This document shows, piece by piece, positions 57,911 through 64,000 of a stretch of DNA of 64,000 nt. Position 1 is the first letter of the stretch, and the number at the start of each line of letters is the position of its first letter. The notes beneath the pieces are model-generated. The model did not search any database. It was not told the origin of the DNA and worked only from the letters and a program-made list of their open reading frames with translations. This DNA comes from Planctomycetota bacterium (lineage in GTDB: Bacteria > Planctomycetota > B15-G4). Both the position numbers and the translations under genes were made by a program. The DNA lies in assembly GCA_965248575.1 (NCBI GenBank), contig CBDFJQ010000002.1, positions 2,656,001 to 2,720,000 of the forward strand, in the 5' to 3' direction.

Positions 57911-57953
57911 AACGCGTTTCGGGGTTCCGCCCCCGGGGCGCGTTTTCTTTTTT
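57911..57953 (+). terminator. Intrinsic terminator of a candidate antisense sRNA
   Basis: 14-bp stem AACGCGTTTCGGGG/CCCCGGGGCGCGTT with three G:U pairs valid only on the + strand, 6-nt loop, then TTCTTTTTT. Confidence 0.6.
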
Positions 57954-58020
57954 CCCCGGGGACCTCCGCCAGCAGCGAAGATCAAACAAGCTCCGAGGAA
58001 CGCTCGGAGCACGGGGAGTG

Positions 58021-58278
58021 TCAGGATCGCAAGTCCAGCGAGCCGGACCCGGGAGAAGACCGGGATCGTGTGCGCGCTTCCGTTACGTCGCGCTGAAACC
58101 GCTCGACAGCCCCGGCAGACGTGTAGCAACGGCCGCCGATGTACTGCACCTCAAGGAGGTGACCAGCAACTCCTCGCCTAGCCCACCGCTGGACCGTGGC
58201 GCAATGCACGCTGATGAGGCCCGGAAGGACACTCGGTACTTCTCGAAGCGGGATGAGCCGTTCACTATCAGGGATCAT
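58021..58278 (-). CDS. DUF1580-like small DNA-binding protein
   Basis: ERLIPLREVPSVLP...VHCATVQRWARRG...LE...IGGRCYTSAGAVERF. Confidence 0.75.
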   Translation of the reverse strand: MIPDSERLIPLREVPSVLPGLISVHCATVQRWARRGVAGHLLEVQYIGGRCYTSAGAVERFQRDVTEARTRSRSSPGSGSLDLRS

Positions 58279-58475
58279 GTGATCGCTCGCAAACTGCGGA
58301 GTGCAGGTCTAATCAGCCCGCTGTTCTTCAATAGCAATACGTTGCGATCACCTTGCGACGCCGTTTCGGACATCGCGTCCTTCGGTTGGCTAGTATGCAC
58401 TCGATGCGACAGAGTGCCCCGAACTTCCTCGACTAAATCTCGGTGCCGAAATGTGCGAATCCTGCACGCCCTGGC

Positions 58476-58496
58476 GCTCATTGCTCATTGCTCATT
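58476..58496. repeat. 7-bp tandem repeat x3
   Basis: GCTCATT at 58476, 58483, 58490. Confidence 0.85.
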
Positions 58497-59125
58497 GGTG
58501 CTTGGTGCTTGCTCGGGGACACCCGGACACTGCGCTACAATCGGACAACCGGTCTTACCCAGGGATTCCGAACAAACAATTGATCTGATCGGGGAAGGCC
58601 GCCCTACCAGTCCGGACGAGCAAGACCCCCGAAGGCTGCTCGATGGAAGCCGCGGCAAGTCGAGCTAAAATCGCATTACCGATTCTTCTCCGAGGACAGC
58701 GCGGCCGAACGACACGCTGAACGCGCAGCGACATCCTGGCTGCGCCTTCTCATCGAGGGCGACGTGGGGCACGGGACCGAAGTCGCCCCCGATAGCCGGC
58801 CGAGCACGAGGTCACTGTGACTGGCTGCCGCTACAGTCCGATAACACTGGTTATGCGCCTCGCGCCCGATTCGGGCCATTCGACGAGGCCCGCAGCGGCT
58901 GATTGAATCTCTCCGGATCCCTGGAGTGGCGATCCCCATCCACACACGATTCCCAGATCGCAAGCATTGATTGAACACCTCGAGGGTCGGCCACTTATCG
59001 GAATCCAGCCGCGGGGCTCCGGCATTGCTGTCGCATTGCCGACACGGGGCCCCGCGACTGGCTGATTCAGTTTCCAAGCGTCCATAGCAATAGAGACTGA
59101 CGGGGTCGCGGAGAGACTTCCGGAT

Positions 59126-62100
59126 TCATACGGGCTTCGCAAGGTCAAGCGGCGGCAGGGAGTTGACGACGTCGAGGGTCTGCATCGAGACGGTCACCAC
59201 CCGCCGTAGCAGGTCAAAGATGTACGTCGGGTCGTCGTGGTCGGTCGCCCAGTTGTTCGGGTCGTTGACGATTCCTGAGTCCTTGTGGGTCTTGACCTGG
59301 TACTGGTTGAGGATCCAGTCGATCGCTGAGCGGGAGCCCAGCCTGTACTCGTGGGCGCGCAAAGGGATCTCGGCGACAGTGATCTGGCTGTTGTAGATGA
59401 TGGTGGACTTGTCATCGGTCTTCTTGCTGGTCGCCGAGTCGCTGATCTTCGGGTAGCGCATCTTCTCCACGCGATAGGCGTCCGGAGCCTTCGGGTCGAA
59501 GCTCTCGGCGGTGCGGATCTCGAGGTCAGGCCAAGGCTCGACGTCCTCGTAGCCGACGTGGAGCCCCGCGAGCACCCTCCCCGCCTTCGAGAAGGCCCAG
59601 AATTCTCGTTGCGTCTCCACTTGGGGGATTCGAGGCAGCGACTTCTTCAAGTCAGCCACGAAAGCCTCTCGATAGTCAGGTGAGTGCAGGATGCCGTAGA
59701 TGTGGAAGAAAATGTCCTCACCAGTAATGGCAGCGTCGAGTGAGCCATATGCCTCAAGCGCCGCGGCAGAGATACTGGATCGCCAGCCATCCGACTTGCC
59801 TCCCATCGCCAGCATCGCTTGCCCATCCTCATCTTCGCTTGGCTCGTAGTTGGCGATCGGGAAGACTTGAATCGCATTACCCGCGCCGGTTAACACTGTG
59901 TCCGGTACGCGATCGGTCATGAAGCAGGTGAACGGATTCGACCCGGCCATGCCCGCCACTGCGATCGTCAAGGTGCGGGAGTTAACTGCAGGGTAGATCT
60001 TCGGGAGTTGGCCAGCCGCGTCGTTCAGCTTGGGCGACATGTTTGCATACTGGCGTTGGAATGGGCGATAGACGGAATCCCGAATTGAGTCCATACTAAC
60101 CGTAATCTTCTGGCCTCTTGCTAGTCGCTGGAAGTCTGACCGAATCCAGCTGAACTGTTTCGGATCGAGGTTTGCAAATCGCCTCACGGCGCCCGCATTC
60201 GCGTTGCTCGAGTCGTCAGGTGCCATTGCTGCGAAGCGATCGACCTCGGTGTTGAAGAACGCGACCATTTGCTCCGTGTTCGCCTCGAGTATCGAGCGCG
60301 AGTAGTTGTAGTTCCAAGCGTCGCGGTTTGTTTTTAGTCCCCCCGTGCGCAGGTTGAAGATCGACCGTGGATCCTCCGAGTCGTGCATCGGCGCGTACTC
60401 GTAGAAGCGTTCCGAGCGCTGGTGGAGCCAATCGCCGTGGGAATTTGGGTGGATTCGCTGCCACTGGACCGCATCGAGCGGGCTCGGCTCCCAGGTGGCT
60501 GTAGCTAGCGCCGTGAGCTTCTCCTCCCTGGTAAGGTAATCGCCAATGTCGCGGTAGTGGATCACCGCGCCGTCATCGGGAACCGTGCCAGGCTCCTTCA
60601 CAGCAATCAGGATCGCAACCGTGGCTCGGCTGCCCGAACCGAAGACCTTCCCGCCTTCCTTGCGTGACTGTTCACCTGCCGTCCGTTGATTTCCCCGCAA
60701 GTTGAAGATGTAGAGCTGGTGGAACTCCGACGCCAGCGTGAGCCGGAGGCCGTCGGCCGTGTTGCCGTCGAGGTAGCCTCCGTTCGACACGAAGGCCACC
60801 ACACCGCCGTCGGTATGCGCTAAGACGCGGTCCGACGCCCAGCGAAAAGCGCGCACGTAGCTATCGTACAGACTGTTCTTAAGAGTGGCCGTCGACCGCG
60901 TAGCATAGGTCGCACCGATCCGGGCATCGAGCTTCGGGTACTCGACGTTGGCAACGTTGTCGTTCGCCGATGCCTGCCCGACAGAGTAGGGCGGGTTTCC
61001 CACGATCACGCGAATCTCAAGTTGCTGCTGCTTCGCCGCCCTTCGGTTGTTAACCGGAAAGACTTCGAACTTGCTCTGCCCCGGCCCTTCCTCCGTGAGA
61101 TGGAACGTGTCGGTGTAGACGATGCCGGGAAACGCCTGATGCGGTCCCTCGCCACTTCCCGCCGTGAGCTGGTGGTAGGTGGACTCGATGTTGATCGCCG
61201 CGATGTAGTAGGCGAGGAGCAATATCTCGTTGGCGTGGATCTCCGAGGCGTACTTGCGGGCCAGATCGTGGCGCTGGATCAGATCAGACTGGAGCAGCCG
61301 CACGATGAACGTGCCCGTCCCAGTGAAAGGGTCGAGGACGTGGACACCATCGTCCGAGAGACCCACGCCAAGATGGCGCTGGAGTGCGTCGTCCGTGGCC
61401 CGCAGGATGAAGTCCACGATCTCGACAGGCGTGTAGACGATCCCAAGTGCGTCAGCCGTCTTCGGCAGTGCCTTCGAGAAGAAACGCTCGTACAGCTCGG
61501 TGATGATCCGTTGCTTGCCCGCCGCATTGTCGATCCCTTCAGCGCGCAGCTTCACGTCGGCATAGAAGCGGTCGAGAGTCTCGGTCTCCTTGTCCAAGGC
61601 GTGCCGATCCAAGCGATCAAGCATCTTTTGCATTGAGCAAGAGACAGGGTTCGAGCCGACGAAGTCGTAGCCCTCGAAGAGGGCTTCAAACACGGGCCGC
61701 GTGATCAAGTGCTGAGAAAGCATCCCTATCGCATCGCCGCGGCTGATGGAATCGTTGAGGTTTGACCTCAGGCCAGTAACGAACTCGTCGAACACCTCGC
61801 ATAGTTCCTGATCCTCGTCGTCAAGCAAGGCCCGAAGGCGCGTCTCGTGCCTCGCGGAAATCTCTGCGATGTCGTGCGCCCAGTCCTCCCAGTAATGCCG
61901 TGTGCCAACCTTCTTGACGAGCTGCGCGTAGATCGCACGCCGCAATTCGTCAACGGGAAACTGGAGCGAGAGCTGCCTTGAGCTGTCCTCCGACCGTTCG
62001 GCTACGCGGTCGTCCTCGGGTGGATCCATGCCGACGATCTGGACGTCAATCATCTCAGGCGTCTCGTCGTTCAGATCGAGCTTGTTGACCACCGCATTGA

Positions 62101-63970
62101 GCCGATCGTCGTGGGAGCGCAGCGCATTCAACACCTGCCAGACCACCTTGAAGCGCTTGTTGTCGGCGAGCGCATCCTCGGGAGACACGCCAGCCGGAAT
62201 TCCGATGGGGAGGATTACGTAGCCCATGCTCTTGCCGGACGCCTTTCGCATCACCCGTCCCACCGCCTGGATGACGTCGACCATCGAGTTGCGAGGTTCG
62301 AGGAAGATAATCGACTCGAGTGCCGGTACATCGACACCCTCGGTGAGGCAACGCGCGTTCGTGAGGATCCTACAGCGCTGCTCCTCGGAGTCGGCCTCAA
62401 GCCACGCGATCAGCTCTTCGCGCTGGAGTGCGTTGAACGACCCATCCACGTGCTCCACCTCAGCGTGAAACGACTGCTCGCTGTAGTGGGCGTAGCGCTC
62501 CGCCACCTCAGAGAAAAGGGTCTTGAATTTCTTTGATTGGGCGATCGTGTTGGAGAACGCCACTGCAGTCTTCATAGGGAGCGAGTCCACCCCCGAGAAG
62601 GGCGAGCCGGCAGCGTTTCGCCTGGAGAGCGCATTGAGGCAACCGACGATGCGCGTGGCGTCATCGAGCTTCAGCTCGTGATTCTCATCGGAGAGCTGCT
62701 GCTGAAAGGCCGCGGCGACGGCGGCCTCGTCAACCGCCAGGATCAGCACTTTGTAGTCGGACAGGAGGTTCTGGTCGACCGCTTGCCGGAAGCCCAGGCG
62801 GTACAGCTCTGAACCGTAGATCGTCTCGTCGTCCATTGACGCCAACACGGCGTCCGCCACGGTGGCTTTTGCCTTCGACGTATCCGCGTAGACTCGCGGC
62901 GTGGCCGTCATGTAGAGTCGCTTCTTCGCATCGATGTAGGTGTTGTCGTGGATGCGAGTGAAGTGCGAGTCTTCCTCGTCCGCGAGGGTCACGCCTGTCG
63001 TGCGATGGGCCTCGTCGCAGATCACCAGGTCAAAAGCCCCGACTCCTTCGGCCTGGGCGGCTGAGATTACAGCCGTAGACTGGTACGTCGAAAACACGAC
63101 GCGCATCTGGTCTGGCGTCGCTAGGCCCCAGTGCGCAAAGAGCATTTGCGGATCGGTGGTCGCCGGGAGCAGCAGGTCATTTGGTGAGAGGTCCTCCGCC
63201 TTACGCCGTCTACCAGCCTTGGAATCGGAGCACACTGCGAACGGGAGCAGTGGGACCGTCGTATCCGCGGCCCACTCCTTGAGCGTCTGGGACAGGAGGG
63301 AGATCGAGGGCAGCAGAACAAGCACGCTCCCCCCCGCACCGGCGAGTTCCTCGGCGATGCGAAGGCCTGCGTAGGTCTTCCCCGTGCCGCAGGCCATCAC
63401 GAGTTTGCCCCGGTCGGTCGCGGCGAGGCCCTCCAGGACCTTGCCGATCGCCAGCTGCTGGTGCGGCCGAGGTGTCTTGCGAGGCTTGCGCGCCAGCTTC
63501 TCGGATTCGGGGTCCCATTGTGACCAATCGATGCTCGCTCCTTCGAGGTCAGCAACCCCCACCCGGACCGTCGGCTTGTCTTGCCCTTTACAGGCCTTTC
63601 GCAGATTGGAGGTCCAGAGATTCGTGGTGGCGATGATCATCCGCTCTGAAAATGGCTGTTTGCCTGATCGCGTGAAGAAGGTGCCCAAGTCCTTCATGTC
63701 GAGGGATGTCGTCGACTGGTAGCACTTGCACTGCACCGCTGTATGGCCAGAACCGTCTCGATGCTCCGCCACTAGGTCGATCCCCGTGTCCCCCTCGCCC
63801 TGGCGTCCAGGCCAGTCGTTCCACATCCAAACGTTCGAGAACTTCGCGAGCCACATCGGTTCGGTTCGGAGATACGCGAGCATCAGGCGCTCGAAACGAT
63901 CTCCCAACTCCCGTTCGTTCTTTGAGACCTCTCTGAACTGATCGAGCAAGTCTTGCAAGGTGACTGTCAT
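59126..63970 (-). CDS. Type ISP restriction-modification enzyme (LlaGI/LlaBIII-like)
   Basis: Mrr-like nuclease DTGIDLV...AVQCK; SF2 helicase MACGTGKT, DEAHR, MTATP, QAVGRVMR; N6-adenine MTase LDPFTGTG, GNPPY; C-terminal TRD region (GLKTNRDAW, YRPF, LPRIP); 1614 aa. Confidence 0.92.
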   Translation of the reverse strand: MTVTLQDLLDQFREVSKNERELGDRFERLMLAYLRTEPMWLAKFSNVWMWNDWPGRQGEGDTGIDLVAEHRDGSGHTAVQCKCYQSTTSLDMKDLGTFFTRSGKQPFSERMIIATTNLWTSNLRKACKGQDKPTVRVGVADLEGASIDWSQWDPESEKLARKPRKTPRPHQQLAIGKVLEGLAATDRGKLVMACGTGKTYAGLRIAEELAGAGGSVLVLLPSISLLSQTLKEWAADTTVPLLPFAVCSDSKAGRRRKAEDLSPNDLLLPATTDPQMLFAHWGLATPDQMRVVFSTYQSTAVISAAQAEGVGAFDLVICDEAHRTTGVTLADEEDSHFTRIHDNTYIDAKKRLYMTATPRVYADTSKAKATVADAVLASMDDETIYGSELYRLGFRQAVDQNLLSDYKVLILAVDEAAVAAAFQQQLSDENHELKLDDATRIVGCLNALSRRNAAGSPFSGVDSLPMKTAVAFSNTIAQSKKFKTLFSEVAERYAHYSEQSFHAEVEHVDGSFNALQREELIAWLEADSEEQRCRILTNARCLTEGVDVPALESIIFLEPRNSMVDVIQAVGRVMRKASGKSMGYVILPIGIPAGVSPEDALADNKRFKVVWQVLNALRSHDDRLNAVVNKLDLNDETPEMIDVQIVGMDPPEDDRVAERSEDSSRQLSLQFPVDELRRAIYAQLVKKVGTRHYWEDWAHDIAEISARHETRLRALLDDEDQELCEVFDEFVTGLRSNLNDSISRGDAIGMLSQHLITRPVFEALFEGYDFVGSNPVSCSMQKMLDRLDRHALDKETETLDRFYADVKLRAEGIDNAAGKQRIITELYERFFSKALPKTADALGIVYTPVEIVDFILRATDDALQRHLGVGLSDDGVHVLDPFTGTGTFIVRLLQSDLIQRHDLARKYASEIHANEILLLAYYIAAINIESTYHQLTAGSGEGPHQAFPGIVYTDTFHLTEEGPGQSKFEVFPVNNRRAAKQQQLEIRVIVGNPPYSVGQASANDNVANVEYPKLDARIGATYATRSTATLKNSLYDSYVRAFRWASDRVLAHTDGGVVAFVSNGGYLDGNTADGLRLTLASEFHQLYIFNLRGNQRTAGEQSRKEGGKVFGSGSRATVAILIAVKEPGTVPDDGAVIHYRDIGDYLTREEKLTALATATWEPSPLDAVQWQRIHPNSHGDWLHQRSERFYEYAPMHDSEDPRSIFNLRTGGLKTNRDAWNYNYSRSILEANTEQMVAFFNTEVDRFAAMAPDDSSNANAGAVRRFANLDPKQFSWIRSDFQRLARGQKITVSMDSIRDSVYRPFQRQYANMSPKLNDAAGQLPKIYPAVNSRTLTIAVAGMAGSNPFTCFMTDRVPDTVLTGAGNAIQVFPIANYEPSEDEDGQAMLAMGGKSDGWRSSISAAALEAYGSLDAAITGEDIFFHIYGILHSPDYREAFVADLKKSLPRIPQVETQREFWAFSKAGRVLAGLHVGYEDVEPWPDLEIRTAESFDPKAPDAYRVEKMRYPKISDSATSKKTDDKSTIIYNSQITVAEIPLRAHEYRLGSRSAIDWILNQYQVKTHKDSGIVNDPNNWATDHDDPTYIFDLLRRVVTVSMQTLDVVNSLPPLDLAKPV

Positions 63971-64000
63971 GGACTTCGGCTTGTCATGGGGAAACGTTGG

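Larger units (their letters stand above)
53972..64000. mobile_element. Integrative satellite/IME-like element C (extends beyond window)
   Basis: att repeat, tyrosine integrase, XRE, excisionase, iterons, primase-helicase, DUF1580-like gene, Type ISP RM; no virion or conjugation genes in view. Confidence 0.85.

Noticed and set aside
58500..59125. Regulator or toxin gene between the DUF1580-like gene and the Type ISP gene
   Set aside because: Short ORFs on both strands lack recognisable motifs; left unannotated.
1..64000. CRISPR array or cas genes
   Set aside because: No regularly spaced 25-45-bp repeats with unique spacers and no Cas motifs; ruvC is the housekeeping resolvase.

Overview
High-GC bacterial chromosome window, most likely Planctomycetota (PVC-type heme-binding CxxCH protein, CRTAC1/ASPIC-UnbV protein, DUF1580-like HTH). 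All family calls come from motif recognition by eye; no searches were run. Bases 1-22.5 kb look like core genome: an arsM-arsS-glycosyltransferase (arsenosugar-type) cluster, TPR/CRTAC1 pair, rRNA-type methyltransferase, M28-PDZ-hydrolase fusion, PLP decarboxylase, large heme/NPCBM/DUF1080 lipoprotein, tRNA-Met, a candidate ~185-nt structured RNA, ruvC, ispD-ispF, a GT4 and tRNA-Gly(CCC). Everything downstream of tRNA-Gly appears to be a tandem stack of elements integrated at that tRNA, whose 3' end recurs at 49649-49682 and 53972-54021. Segment A (~27 kb, no integrase) carries a cluster for a probably sulfated and methylated surface glycan (three sulfotransferase-type domains, two radical SAM enzymes including a PhpK-like one, GT2s, two GT-C enzymes, flippase), a large Cys/Asp-repeat PA14-LamG surface protein and a damaged L-rhamnose operon (frameshifted rhaD, internally deleted 28-aa rhaM). 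Segment B (~4.3 kb) has LpxR, an SGNH hydrolase and gene fragments. Segment C (runs off the window) is a satellite/IME-like element: tyrosine integrase, XRE, excisionase, inverted iteron cluster, primase-helicase, candidate antisense sRNA, DUF1580-like protein and a Type ISP restriction-modification enzyme.
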